32,000 bases of DNA from Trichodesmium erythraeum IMS101 (GCF_000014265.1 NC_008312.1:6090001-6122000), one strand, 5' to 3'; shown: positions 15,664-26,880, numbered from the stretch's first letter. Notes: a model not told the origin generated them from the sequence alone. A program made the numbers and translations.

Positions 15664-16587
15664 ATGAAAATAGCTATTACAGGAGCAACAGGGTTTGTAG
15701 GGACTCGCTTAGTGGAGCGTCTACATTCAGAGGGAGAAAAAATATTAGTATTAACCCGCAACCTAGAAAAAGGAAAACGCATTTTTCCATCTTCAGCATA
15801 TCCTAATCTAGAGGTAATAGGTTACGAACCACAAAAGTCTGGTGCTTGGCAAAAATCTATAGATGGCTGTGACGGTGTCGTTAATCTAGCGGGTGCTAGT
15901 ATTGCCGATGAACGTTGGAGTGCCAGTCGCAAGAAAGAGATTATGGGTAGTCGCAAGGTAACTACAGAAAAATTGGTCGAGGCGATCGCTCAATCTAATT
16001 CTAAACCATCAGTATTAGTAAGTGGTTCAGCTATTGGTTATTATGGCATGAGCGAAACGGCAACTTTTGACGAACAGAGCAATAGTGGGAATGATTTTTT
16101 GGCAGAAGTTTGTCAGAAATGGGAAGCTGCTGCTCAACCTGTAAAGAATGTAGGAGTAAGACTAGTTATTTTACGGATCGGTATTGTATTGGGTTTAGGA
16201 GGCACTATCTCAAAAATGCTTGCTCCGTTTAAATTATTCGCTGGTGGTCCTATTGGTAATGGCAGGCAATGGTTTTCTTGGGTACATATTGACGACCTAG
16301 TTGGTTTAATTCTGCATTCTCTACGCAACCCAGAAATGCAAGGAGTATTCAATGCTACTTCTCCTAATCCTGTACGAATGGAAGAATTTTGTCAAGGTTT
16401 AGGAGAAGCTTTAAATCGACCCTCTTGGTTACCCGTACCTGATTTTGCCATTGAATTGTTGTTGGGAGATGGTGCAGTAGTTGTATTGGAAGGTCAAAAA
16501 GTTTTACCGAAGCAGACTCAAGCTTCTGGATTTGAGTATCAATATCCTACTGTTAAACCTGCCCTAAAAAATATTTTAGCTCCTTGA
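15664..16587 (+). CDS. TIGR01777/YfcH-type NAD-dependent epimerase family protein (SDR39U1-like, C-terminal DUF1731)
   Basis: 307-aa ORF. It has the Rossmann motif MKIAITGATGFVG and family-typical GSAIGYYG...RIGIVLG...GNGRQWFSWVHIDDL. A HIP1 site lies at 15982. Confidence 0.85.
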   Translation: MKIAITGATGFVGTRLVERLHSEGEKILVLTRNLEKGKRIFPSSAYPNLEVIGYEPQKSGAWQKSIDGCDGVVNLAGASIADERWSASRKKEIMGSRKVTTEKLVEAIAQSNSKPSVLVSGSAIGYYGMSETATFDEQSNSGNDFLAEVCQKWEAAAQPVKNVGVRLVILRIGIVLGLGGTISKMLAPFKLFAGGPIGNGRQWFSWVHIDDLVGLILHSLRNPEMQGVFNATSPNPVRMEEFCQGLGEALNRPSWLPVPDFAIELLLGDGAVVVLEGQKVLPKQTQASGFEYQYPTVKPALKNILAP

Positions 16588-16595
16588 ATTTTGTC

Positions 16596-16652
16596 AAAAA
16601 AAACAAGCTGCCATTATTTAATTTGCAAGGCAGCTTGCCCAAATCATTTTTT
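16596..16652. terminator. bidirectional intrinsic terminator between convergent genes
   Basis: Perfect 9-bp stem CAAGCTGCC (16604-16612) / GGCAGCTTG (16629-16637). An A8 run sits just upstream, which is a T8 tract immediately after the stem on the minus strand and serves the 16686-16904 gene. On the plus strand a T6 run follows 9 nt after the stem. Confidence 0.7.
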
Positions 16653-16685
16653 AATCTCAAGATAGTTTCAAAAACCTTTATTCCT

Positions 16686-16904
16686 TTATTTATAAAGGGT
16701 TGCTGATTCTTCCATTAATTCTTTTGTTTCTTTTAAGTTATCTGGATCTACATAATGACATACTGCATCATCTAGACAGATTAAAGCCCAACCAGATTCA
16801 TCTATACTCATTAGTTTATAATCACCTTCCTGAATAAAAAATCCTTTGTGGTTACGAGTTTCCGGCTTAACATTAACGTCATTAAGATCATTATTAAATG
16901 TCAT
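16686..16904 (-). CDS. small hypothetical protein (72 aa)
   Basis: ORF with a good SD (AAGGAG, 10 nt before the ATG) and a strong terminator downstream. No family recognised. Confidence 0.6.
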   Translation of the reverse strand: MTFNNDLNDVNVKPETRNHKGFFIQEGDYKLMSIDESGWALICLDDAVCHYVDPDNLKETKELMEESATLYK

Positions 16905-17559
16905 GGTATTTCAACTCCTTAGCATTATTCAAAAAACGGTTTTAGTGTCTTCAAGCTTATATCATTTCGATACTTGATATTACTTCGTCTTCGGTGGTAA
17001 TCTAAATACAAACGTCACCTCATAAGAAACGTTTTTAACTGATAAGTCGATTGTTAACTTACTTTTTCTTCTTCCCTACTCATTTTTTTTGACTGTGAGC
17101 AATTTTTTGATATTCTCATACTATCTTTACCTATAATTATGACAATAATTTCCCTTAACTATAATCACTTCGTAGAATATTGATTGAATTATTAACTTCT
17201 AAGTTTTATACTTAGATTTAAGTTTTGTCAATCATCTTCTTTAAGCTTGAACTTGAAATTTGAAGCCTAAACTAGCATTTTTCAAGTTTTTGATCAATTA
17301 TGATCGAGGTACTCACGGTAAGCCATAAGCCTTTAGGAATTTTCTACTTTTATGATTGATGATTAAGTAATCTCTGAAGTTATAAAGATAATAACATAAC
17401 TCCTTCAGTTTGTTCGTAAAGTTTTTATATTAATCATTAAGTTTTTTAAATATTATATCTTTCTCATCCTACCCTAGTTATTATTAGTACCTTTGGGTAA
17501 ATCAGGACTCTTAAAAGCTTATTTATGTTTTAACTATTTAATTTAGTAAAAAAATCAGC

Positions 17560-17982
17560 TTAAATATCAAATAACCATTGTTTAATTCGAGCCAGTGCTG
17601 GCCATTCACCTCTTCTATCAAAACCATCCTTAATATTATTTTTAATTTCTTTGAGCCAATCTTCATCAGCCATAATCAATTGTTGGGCTTTCTCTACATG
17701 AGGTCTAACACCCTTTTTTTCTATTTCTAACATTGCTAAAGCCAAATTAATTCTCCCCTGTGGATCGTCTGGGTTAAGCTTAAATCCTTCCTTAGCTGCT
17801 TTATGAGCTGATTTAGGTTTTTTCTCTAATAAATATAACCACGATAAACTAATCCAACTACTACTACTTTTAGGAGAGCGATCTGTAATTTCTTTAAATA
17901 GTGGAATTAAAGTACCTGCCTTTTCTCCAGCTTTATATCTTTCTAGCCCTTCTTTATATAGTTCTTCTGGTGTCTTAGTCAT
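17560..17982 (-). CDS. TPR-like repeat protein (140 aa)
   Basis: ORF with TPR-like helices (ELYKEGLERYKAGEKAGTLIPLFKEI..., ...AHKAAKEGFKLNPDDPQGRINLALAMLEIEKKG). Confidence 0.65.
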   Translation of the reverse strand: MTKTPEELYKEGLERYKAGEKAGTLIPLFKEITDRSPKSSSSWISLSWLYLLEKKPKSAHKAAKEGFKLNPDDPQGRINLALAMLEIEKKGVRPHVEKAQQLIMADEDWLKEIKNNIKDGFDRRGEWPALARIKQWLFDI

Positions 17983-18568
17983 AATAATATTTTTCGAGGT
18001 TTTCTAATTTAGAAAATTATAACACGTTTGATTTCACCCAGGTAAAGTACAAGGGGGCAAGATGCGTATTCTATATATTTTTTTAGGATTAATAGTGATA
18101 TCTCATATCACCCTCCCTTTACCGGTCGAGTTTCTTAAGTTAAAAGGTTTATGGGAGCTAAATATTAGTATTAGTATGAGCATTTAATACTTTTCAATGA
18201 ATAATATATTTTGGAGTTGTTGGCTGTAAAAAAAATAAACTTTTCAAAAGCTTGCTCTATAATGGTTTCATTATTTTCATCCTTGAAAACGCTTAAACAT
18301 GAATTTATTTTGAGTTGAAGCTATTTTTTCGGCTTAATTCCCGACAACTCTTTTATTTCTACTTTATTTCTACCAAAATCACCAAATTTGATCTCACATA
18401 CAAGGAATATACTATAATTGCTATACCAAAATTTACTTCATAATCAGGGGAACAGTATTATTTGCTCCCCCAATATTGATTTTTCTATGCTCCTATATAT
18501 AATTCCAGAAGACACAGAAAATACAAAACCTAGATCTTCTCAGAAACTAGATTTTTTTGAAATTAATT

Positions 18569-18925
18569 TTAAGCAGAAAAGGAATTACCACAACCACAGG
18601 TTTGAGTTGCATTAGGATTAGTAAATTGGAACCCACCGCCAATTAAAGCATCACTATAATCAAGCATCAAACCATAAAGATAAAGGATACTCTTGCGATC
18701 GCAAACCACCTTAAATCCATCATAATCAAAAACTTCATCATCCTCTCTAATTGTGCTAGGGTCGGCAAAATCCATCATATAAGACATTCCAGAACATCCG
18801 CCTTGACGTACCCCTACTCGTAGGCAAAGGTCTTTTCCTTGTTTATCTCTCAAGGATAGAACCTGCTTTACAGCAGTTTCGCTCATCATAATTCCTTTTT
18901 GTTGAGACTGAGTAGTTTTTGTCAT
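18569..18925 (-). CDS. iscA: HesB/IscA-family iron-sulfur cluster insertion protein
   Basis: [19 protein letters not shown]... and the C-terminal ...[10 protein letters not shown] are the family's conserved Cys motifs. An AAGGAG SD lies 10 nt upstream of ATG 18925. A HIP1 site lies at 18694. Confidence 0.85.
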   Translation of the reverse strand: MTKTTQSQQKGIMMSETAVKQVLSLRDKQGKDLCLRVGVRQGGCSGMSYMMDFADPSTIREDDEVFDYDGFKVVCDRKSILYLYGLMLDYSDALIGGGFQFTNPNATQTCGCGNSFSA

Positions 18926-19799
18926 TTGTTTTTAGCTCCTTATATTGTTATAGCTGTCGAATAATAATTTGTAACTACTTAGATATATTACTTCTTATGT
19001 TATCCTGAAAACTGAAATTTTAACTACCTTAAATAATTGTTATCAATCAAAAATATTTTTTCAATGGTCTGCATTTAAAACTGAATTGTAACTCTTACCT
19101 GATGTTATGTAAGATATACTTTAGTTAGGATTTAGCTTAAAAATGTGTAATTAATTTTATACAGTGCCTTATACTTAATTTCCCTTTAATACTATTCAAT
19201 TCTTAAATATTATACCTCTGATAATAATACTGATTTGGGAATTATTGATAAAAGTTTGAGAACCTTTTCTTGTGAGGTCTATTAAGAACAATAGCAAGAA
19301 CTAGAAATGATAATGGATATAAACATTTAGGGTTTACACCAAAAAGTTGAAGAGTGAGTTCAGGGAATGGGGTATGGGCAATCAAGCGTTAAACTTTTAA
19401 ACGGCGTATTGTAAATTTCAAAAAAAACAGTATATTTTTTACTCTACAGCACTTTTGCTGGAATTAGCTGTTGTTATAGTAAGTAATCTAAATGTTTAAA
19501 ACCTTAGTTGCAGCAGATTAATTTTTCTACATTTTTATTCTTTAGGTCAAGGAACACCCGAAGTACCACAATTATTATTTGCTTATTTTTTTTTGCACTT
19601 TTCTGACAATAAGTCACTACCAACAGTTATGTATCATTAAGACTATAACAGTCTGTATATTGGTTTTGGCAAAATTCCATACTGAAAAAGTTTGGGAAAG
19701 TCAAATATTTGACCATAGCACAAAAAAACTGACAGCAGTTACCGTTACTAGTAAGGTACACCAAGTGCAAGCAAAATGATTGTAATAGAATGCTTTCAC

Positions 19800-20662
19800 C
19801 ATTTATACTGTACTTCATTTTCTTGCTTATCCGCTCTCTATAGCCACTCTACTATTTTAAAATAACTGCAAAGACGATCAAGTTGTCTTCTGAAATTTTG
19901 GGATTTTCACATAATATCTTCAACGAGGTTTTGCTCAGGGGCATTCAGAGGGATTTTTGTACAATTTATCCACCATTCTGATTCGGGTTTTTCAGTATTA
20001 ATTTTAATTAAATATTCTCGAAATTATCTCAAATTATGAGCAGTGACTCTATCTCCAAATATTACTCATCTTTTTGCCTACTTTTGTGGCTATAAATAGT
20101 TAAATAAATTCCATAGTTTTTTCAGTATTTATACTTCTTTTTAAGGTCAACAAATTATTGGCTTTTATCATCTAGGTCACCAGAATAAGCAGGCCTTTAT
20201 TTTTCATTTTTATTCTTTATCTTTGTTCTTTTGTCGCCATAAAATCAAAGATAAATACATAGGATATGACACTACTAAATCCTAAACAATTCCTACTTCA
20301 TGGGTTATCTTTGTAGTTTCTCTTTTGCTAATTTATTCTCTATAACTTTTTTCTGCTTTCACTAGTTCATCATTTTTAGTAGTATTGTGTTTACAAGTTT
20401 TTTCTAAAACTCCTAACCCCTTTTTTTAGTATCTTTATAATAACTTTGATTAGATTCAAAAACTACACTATATTGTGTTGATAAATAATTTTATCAGTCT
20501 GATAGTCTTAGATAATCTTGTGCTCCATACCCAGAAATTGTATTCTCTTTTTATACTGGCATTAATGTGGCATATTCATCCTTGAGAGTTGAAGCCTGAA
20601 ACTTTCTACGCCTAAAAAAAGTTCTGAGTCTTTCAACTTCAAATCTGGAAACTTTGAGACAC
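19800..20662 (-). mobile_element. second, more decayed IS630-family element relic (boundaries approximate)
   Basis: Reverse-strand reading of 19905-20035 gives HNLR*FREYLIKINTEKPESEWWINCTKIPLNAPEQNLVEDIM*. This matches the ...AxxHxSxxVxxYL...LPxYxPExNPxEdiW C-terminal DDE region of IS630-type transposases. The 5' region shares TGAAGCCT(G)AAACT with the relic at 14621-14634. Confidence 0.5.
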
Positions 20663-21253
20663 CTTAAATCATTCTTTGTATTTCTATTTTAGTTTTTTTG
20701 ACTAAATCATTTTTGCCCCTTTGCCCCCAAGTCTCTTGTTACTTATTTGGCCTCTTTTGTCTGAAGCAGAAAATTATCTAGTTCATTTATAATATTTATT
20801 CTTTATCTTTTAAGTCGGGATATTATTTTTACTATTATATCTGTTAGGGCTTATTTGAGATTGCTATATTGAGATTGCCATATATATATATTGATTTATT
20901 CAGAATATAAATATTTAGTCCAATCTTGCATTTCTACATCTTGGAATCCACCAATAGCAATGGTCGGTATATATATAACTAATGGCGATTTGTACTCTCT
21001 ATTGACAAGTACCACGCACTTTTCAAATTTAGTGATGGATAGGGTTACCTTTGAATTTTTAGTTATAACTAGTTAATGTCATACAGTGATGAATAAATAC
21101 TCATTTATACTTTTTTGGCAAATAACATTAACTACTGTATGGTATAATTATATAAAATAAAATATATATATAAATTATATAGTAAGTTTGAATACTTTCG
21201 TATGATTATATTGCTTAATTGTTCCTAGTAATTGTTTAGATAGTCAAATAGAC

Positions 21254-21307
21254 AATTCTTCTCATGCTGGCAAGGCCGTTAATTCTTCTCATGCTAGCAA
21301 GGCCGTT
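21254..21307. repeat. 27-bp tandem duplication
   Basis: AATTCTTCTCATGCTrGCAAGGCCGTT x2 (21254-21280, 21281-21307), about 100 bp upstream of the ATG at 21405. Confidence 0.9.
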
Positions 21308-21404
21308 AGAGAAAAATGTATATAAAAATACATTAATCAAAATATGGTTTAAGGTTAAGAGAAAAAAATATCCCGCAATTGCTTCACTTTCACAGGCTTA
21401 ATTT

Positions 21405-23033
21405 ATGGTAGCTCTCAATCCTTCAACAGTTCGTAGGTTACAAAAATTACAACAAATTCCAAGTGTGTGGGAGGGCGATCGCCGTCCTATATCTTCAGAC
21501 TCTAGCTCGAACCCAGAATTAGAGTCAGAAACAACAAACGAATGTATTATCTGGGTAGATGGCTCCCATGGCATGGTCAGAGCAATGGATATGGTAATGC
21601 CAGATACAGGCCCGGAAGCAATTGTAAGGACATTACTGCGAGCTATGGAAAATCCTCAAAGTCCAGCTCCAGCAATTAGGCCACAAAAGATAGTAGTTAA
21701 AGACCGAGAAATTCAATTTTTTCTCAGGGGTGTGTTACAAAATTTAGGAATTACAATTGATTATGTACCAGATTTACCTCTAATTGACGAAATATTTCGG
21801 GGACTACAGGAAGTATCAGATAATCGCCCGCCTCAGTTACCTCCTGAATATGCAGAAGCTTTAGTAGAAAAAGCAGATCAAATTTGGGATGATGCACCTT
21901 GGGAAATATTAGGAGAGCATCAAATAATTTCTATAGAGCTGAAGCAATGGGATATTGAAAATTTATATGTCTGTGTTTTGGGTAAATTGGGTATGGACTA
22001 TGGAATTTTGTTGTATCGTTCTCTAGATTCTCTTAAAAGGTTCAGAGAAAGAGTAGCTTATGAAAAATCTTATGAAAATTTAGAGGAAGCTTTTTTAGGA
22101 CAAGATTGCCTTTTCATTACCTATGATAGTTATCAGGAAGAAGATAATCAGAATAAGGAAAAAAACCTAGAAAATTTATCAGTATCTGAAATTCAGGCCA
22201 ATTTTGGTAATTTACATCCTTTAGAAGGTTTAAGGTCTATTCTTTATGAAGAGGAAGCAGTAACAACATTAGTTACTTTAGAAGCACTGCATCGCTTTTT
22301 GCGAGCATCCCGCAAGAAAATGAAAGGTGATAAATTCCCTAGTATTAGTAGTCGCTACCGCATTCCTATACCTCAATTAAATGAGGTGGCCTCAATTAAA
22401 GTAGCAACTATGCCAGAAGTAGCAAAAGAATTATATGAAATGGCTGCGGAGGCTGATGTACAGGATGATGAAGAAGTGGAAATTGAAATGCCTATGCTCA
22501 AGGATGATTTAGTACCGCCAAATTCTTTTTTAAGTTTGGGGGTAGTTCCTTGGGATACAGTAGCATACTTGCGGGATAATACTAAACGCCATCAAGCAGC
22601 AGAAGAAGATCTTGAAATATCAGGAGAGGGTTTACCAGTTATTTTAATTCAAACTTCTTTGCCGAAAGCAACTAAGTTGATCAAAGATTTGGAAGAAGCT
22701 CAGGGACTTCATGGTATAGGATTTAATCTAGGGCAAGACCCTATGGAAGAAAAAAATTATGATTTGGGCATATTAAAAACTTATGATGGTGTACTACATT
22801 TATTTGGTGAGTTTATGCAAAATGACCCTGTACACCAGGAAGCTAGAGAAAAATGGGATGAGCGTTGCATTGCTACTCATGGTTGGTGTGGTTTGATTAT
22901 TGCTAGAGGTATTACAGGTGCTTCCCGTGGTCAACCTGAATTTAAGGATATGATGGCTTTGTTTGAGGTCCGATCCCTTTCATCTCAAGACTTAGGGGTT
23001 GGGCCGTTAAAGTTGGTGCCAGTATCTTTTTGA
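21405..23033 (+). CDS. conserved-looking hypothetical protein (542 aa, acidic)
   Basis: Long ORF with native-like composition and a HIP1 site at 21475. No domain recognised from the sequence. Confidence 0.75.
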   Translation: MVALNPSTVRRLQKLQQIPSVWEGDRRPISSDSSSNPELESETTNECIIWVDGSHGMVRAMDMVMPDTGPEAIVRTLLRAMENPQSPAPAIRPQKIVVKDREIQFFLRGVLQNLGITIDYVPDLPLIDEIFRGLQEVSDNRPPQLPPEYAEALVEKADQIWDDAPWEILGEHQIISIELKQWDIENLYVCVLGKLGMDYGILLYRSLDSLKRFRERVAYEKSYENLEEAFLGQDCLFITYDSYQEEDNQNKEKNLENLSVSEIQANFGNLHPLEGLRSILYEEEAVTTLVTLEALHRFLRASRKKMKGDKFPSISSRYRIPIPQLNEVASIKVATMPEVAKELYEMAAEADVQDDEEVEIEMPMLKDDLVPPNSFLSLGVVPWDTVAYLRDNTKRHQAAEEDLEISGEGLPVILIQTSLPKATKLIKDLEEAQGLHGIGFNLGQDPMEEKNYDLGILKTYDGVLHLFGEFMQNDPVHQEAREKWDERCIATHGWCGLIIARGITGASRGQPEFKDMMALFEVRSLSSQDLGVGPLKLVPVSF

Positions 23034-23740
23034 AAAAGAGAATAGAGAAGAAAAGACGACTGAAGTGAGTTAGGAATTAAGGTTTTTATCGTCGCCTTCT
23101 CCACCCCCCCCTGGCTAACCCAGAGTCTCTAATATGATAAAAATTTTGTATCCTTTGAAATTTTGTACATCTTGCTAGAATTAATTAACCAAAAAGATAG
23201 GATTGTAAATATTTTTGCTAGGAAAAATAATTAGCTGTGCTGCTAGCCACCTTTTGACAAGGGCTGTATCTAAAAATAATGGTGTTAGGGATTTTTGGAA
23301 AATGTATCTAGGCCAGAGTTAAAATTATACAAAAATACAACTAAATTTACTGATATTTGGAGGATGATTTTGATAAAAGCCTGAGTGTAATTTCTTATGA
23401 ATGAATTAAAATAATTGTGGGATAAATTTAGTGATTTTTCGTTTTCACACTTTGGAGAAATTTATCTCAAGAATCTGTATGTAAATTAGTTATTTGAGAT
23501 TTTTGAAACCGAAAATGGAGCATTACCTACTCATATCCTCGTCTCCACAGCTCCCCATATTTCTTTGAAAATAAATGTTACAGCCCTGCCCTTTGATACT
23601 CTCCTTGATCAATAGATTAGAGCACATAAAATTTGACAAAGTACACAAATTATAATAGGTATATTTGTGAAATAAAAAAAGTATTCTTATACATTTTTTC
23701 AATTGGACTGAAAAGAGTTTTGTCTCGCTACTATACTCTT

Positions 23741-23794
23741 TCTTCCTGCTCCCCTACATTTTTTCAATTTTCTTCCTGCTCCCTACATTTTTTC
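23741..23794. repeat. ~25-bp direct repeat x2 (period 30 bp) upstream of crtQ
   Basis: TCTTCCTGCTCCCCTACATTTTTTC (23741-23765) and TCTTCCTGCTCCCTACATTTTTTC (23771-23794). Confidence 0.85.
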
Positions 23795-23980
23795 TTCAGT
23801 TCCCCTTCTACCCTCGGGGTTAAAGGTATCCACAAGGTTTGACTGAAGTTTCTACTCCCGGATAGCATTTAATAAGAGGAAATAAAAGGTGGGATGGAAA
23901 AGGTGAGATGGATGAGTGACAATAAATTTGGTAGAATTATTAATTAATATTTGTAAAAAAACTGAGTAAGGACATAAAGA

Positions 23981-25432
23981 ATGCGAGTTGCGATCGCAGG
24001 TGCAGGATTAGCAGGAATGGCCACAGCAGTTGAATTGGCTGATGCTGGACATCAAGTGGAAATATTTGAATCTCGCCCCTTTGTTGGAGGTAAAGTAGGT
24101 AGTTGGGTAGATAAGAATGGAAACCATGTAGAAATGGGTTTGCACGTTTTCTTTGGCTGTTACTATCAACTTTTTGAGTTAATGAAAAAAGTAGGGGCCT
24201 TTAAAAACCTCCGCCTCAAAGAACATAGTCATAATTTTATTAATAAAGGGGGCAAAACAGGTGCTCTAGATTTTCGCTTCCTCACGGGAGCGCCTTTTAA
24301 TGGATTAAAAGCTTTTTTTACCACATCCCAGCTGTCTGCGCAAGACAAACTACAAAATGCAATAGCCCTCGGCACCAGTCCTATAGTCAGAGGGTTGATA
24401 GATTTTGATGGGGCAATGAAAACTATCCGAGATTTGGATAAAGTTAGTTTTGGAGAGTGGTTCCGTCGCCAAGGTGGGAGTAATGGAAGTATCAAAAGAA
24501 TGTGGAACCCTATTGCTTATGCTTTGGGTTTCATTGATGCAGATAATATTTCTGCCCGATGTATGTTGACAATATTCCAGTTTTTTGCTGCTAAAACAGA
24601 AGCATCTGTATTGCGGATGTTGAATGGTTCTCCTTATGAATATCTCCACAAACCTATTGTTGATTATTTGGAGGCACGGGGCACTAAAATCTATACTAGA
24701 AAAAAAGTTAGGCAAATACAATTTTTAGAGAATGATGGAGAAACTCGTGTTAGTGGAATAGTTATAGCTAATGGGGATACTGAAGTTACTATTACTGCTG
24801 ATGCTTATGTTTTTGCCTGCGATGTACCAGGTATTCAGCGTATTCTACCTGAAGCTTGGCGAAAATGGCCAGAGTTTGACAATATCTATAAATTAGATGC
24901 AGTACCAGTTGCTACAGTACAGTTAAGATTTGATGGTTGGGTAACCGAACTACATAATAAAAACCAACGTCAACAATTAGATCATGCTGCTGGTATTGAT
25001 AATTTACTTTATACTCCAGATGCTGATTTTTCCTGTTTTGCTGATTTGGCATTAACAAGTCCAGAAGATTATTATCGGCAAGGAGAAGGTTCTTTATTAC
25101 AGTTGGTATTAACACCAGGAGATCCTTTTATTAAAGAAAATAATGAGGCGATCGCTCACCATGTTTTAAAACAAGTCCATGAATTATTTCCTTCATCACG
25201 GGAGTTAAATATGACTTGGTATAGTGTGGTGAAATTAGCTCAGTCTTTATATCGGGAAGCTCCAGGTATGGATCCATATCGTCCGAACCAAAAAACACCA
25301 GTGCCTAACTTTTTTCTGGCAGGTAGCTATACTCAACAAGATTATATTGATAGTATGGAGGGGGCAACTATTTCTGGGAAACAAGCTGCTCAGATAATTT
25401 TGACAAATGTGGAAAAGATTTTGGGGCAATAG
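23981..25432 (+). CDS. crtQ: zeta-carotene desaturase (9,9'-di-cis-zeta-carotene desaturase, ZDS)
   Basis: The 483-aa ORF is near-colinear by eye with cyanobacterial CrtQ/ZDS ([62 protein letters not shown]...[21 protein letters not shown]...[12 protein letters not shown]...[20 protein letters not shown]). It differs clearly from Pds/CrtP. HIP1 sites lie at 23990 and 25148. Confidence 0.92.
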   Translation: MRVAIAGAGLAGMATAVELADAGHQVEIFESRPFVGGKVGSWVDKNGNHVEMGLHVFFGCYYQLFELMKKVGAFKNLRLKEHSHNFINKGGKTGALDFRFLTGAPFNGLKAFFTTSQLSAQDKLQNAIALGTSPIVRGLIDFDGAMKTIRDLDKVSFGEWFRRQGGSNGSIKRMWNPIAYALGFIDADNISARCMLTIFQFFAAKTEASVLRMLNGSPYEYLHKPIVDYLEARGTKIYTRKKVRQIQFLENDGETRVSGIVIANGDTEVTITADAYVFACDVPGIQRILPEAWRKWPEFDNIYKLDAVPVATVQLRFDGWVTELHNKNQRQQLDHAAGIDNLLYTPDADFSCFADLALTSPEDYYRQGEGSLLQLVLTPGDPFIKENNEAIAHHVLKQVHELFPSSRELNMTWYSVVKLAQSLYREAPGMDPYRPNQKTPVPNFFLAGSYTQQDYIDSMEGATISGKQAAQIILTNVEKILGQ

Positions 25433-26880
25433 TATAATTTATCAAGTCAAGTTTATGGCTTTACTAAGTTGGATAAAAATTTCAATTTAATTGAAGCTAA
25501 AACTTTAGAATTTACACACTTTCTTTTAGAACCAGGTTTATTACCCTAATTTAATGCTTAATACTATAAACTTTAGTTCATAAACCCGGTTTTTAAGTTT
25601 TTATCCTATAATACATAATACAAATTTAGTTATTATAAGCTAATTATAGGGTTTTCCCCAATCAAAAGAATTCAAAAAGATTCTGTATTATTTGAACCAT
25701 GCATCGTGGATGAAAAATTTGTCAATTGGGAGATAACCCCGAAGCAGGTTAATTTTCCTTTGCATTATTAAAGATTGCGAGCATACTCATTGTATTAGAA
25801 TAACTATAGATATCTATAACTCAGCTTTTTACTCATCAGATTTGGTATAAAGTTTCGTCAATGACTTCGCTAAAGTGCTATAGTAATGATATCTTTACGT
25901 TGTCCAAAATCTATCTGCATTTTTAAGCATAAGGAAGAGGAGTTAGGTCAAAAAACAAGATTTTCGGAGTTTATTTCTAGCTTTTGAATTTTTACGACCA
26001 GGGAAATTGGATTGCTATATAATTTATAAGTCTTTGAGGTTCTTAGTATTTAAGACTGCTCTATCTACTAAAAAATTTAAAGGTTAATGTAGCAATATTT
26101 TTTGAAGTTTCTACTAAACAATAGTTTTGATCAATTCCATTGTTGACTAGATAACTAATTATCTACATATTGTCTAAATTTGTTTAGGTTTAGTTAGTAG
26201 AAAGTTCAAGTATATTTTTCCCGTTTTCCTGGCTATATATATTCTTGATTCTTTAACTTACAATAATTAGGGTTTGCTGATTAATTCTCAAAGCATTGAC
26301 ACAAATTATCCTCCTAGCAAAATTTTGAATGGGCGAAAAGTACGATGATTTCGGTCATACCGGCAGCAGAAAAATCAGGGAAAAATTCTTACTGCACCGG
26401 AGCTGGTGACTTTACTATTTATCAGTGCTTCTTTGCTGCCGTCCAACAATTATCAGGTTATTGGACAATAGATATGAGCAACCTTATTAGATTTGACTTT
26501 CTAAGTAGTTTGTAAGTAGGTTGATTCATTGGTCTACCTAACTATGTAGAGTTAGTAGGGGGGTGAGTAGGAAGGTTGTATGAAACCTCTCTAAAAGCTG
26601 AAAATTTATAAAAGAGGTAGTTGGATATGTAGTTGGATATATTTATACTAGCTGCTTTCTGCTATGAGAGCGCCTAAAATACTAATTTTTGAAGCTGGAA
26701 GGGCGGAAAGCTTGGCACAATTTTAAGAGTTCAAAAAGGCTAAAACCAATATTATTCGATGCTTTGATATTTAATCAGCTAACCTTAATTAAATAGGGCT
26801 GGCTCAGTAAACGTATAATCGTGATCATGCATCAGTTTAAGTGGTGCTTTGACTATTAAGTGATGTTTTGCCTATTAAAA

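Noticed and set aside
16134-16352. An antisense ORF inside the YfcH-type gene.
   Set aside because: It is fully embedded antisense in a well-supported CDS, so it is a typical shadow ORF.
18418-21076. Track ORFs 18418-18615, 19579-19779, 19627-19818 and 20891-21076.
   Set aside because: They are short, AT-rich and mutually overlapping, or they overlap the iscA 3' end or the IS relic. None has an RBS or a recognisable motif.
23633-23842. Track ORF 23633-23842 upstream of crtQ.
   Set aside because: Its sequence is dominated by the duplicated C/T-rich 25-mer and T tracts (FSSCS...FFQFSSCS). It is most likely a non-coding leader or promoter.
24229-25429. Four minus-strand ORFs (24229-24495, 24350-24721, 24912-25115, 25247-25429).
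   Set aside because: All are embedded antisense in crtQ, whose identity is very strong. They are shadow ORFs.
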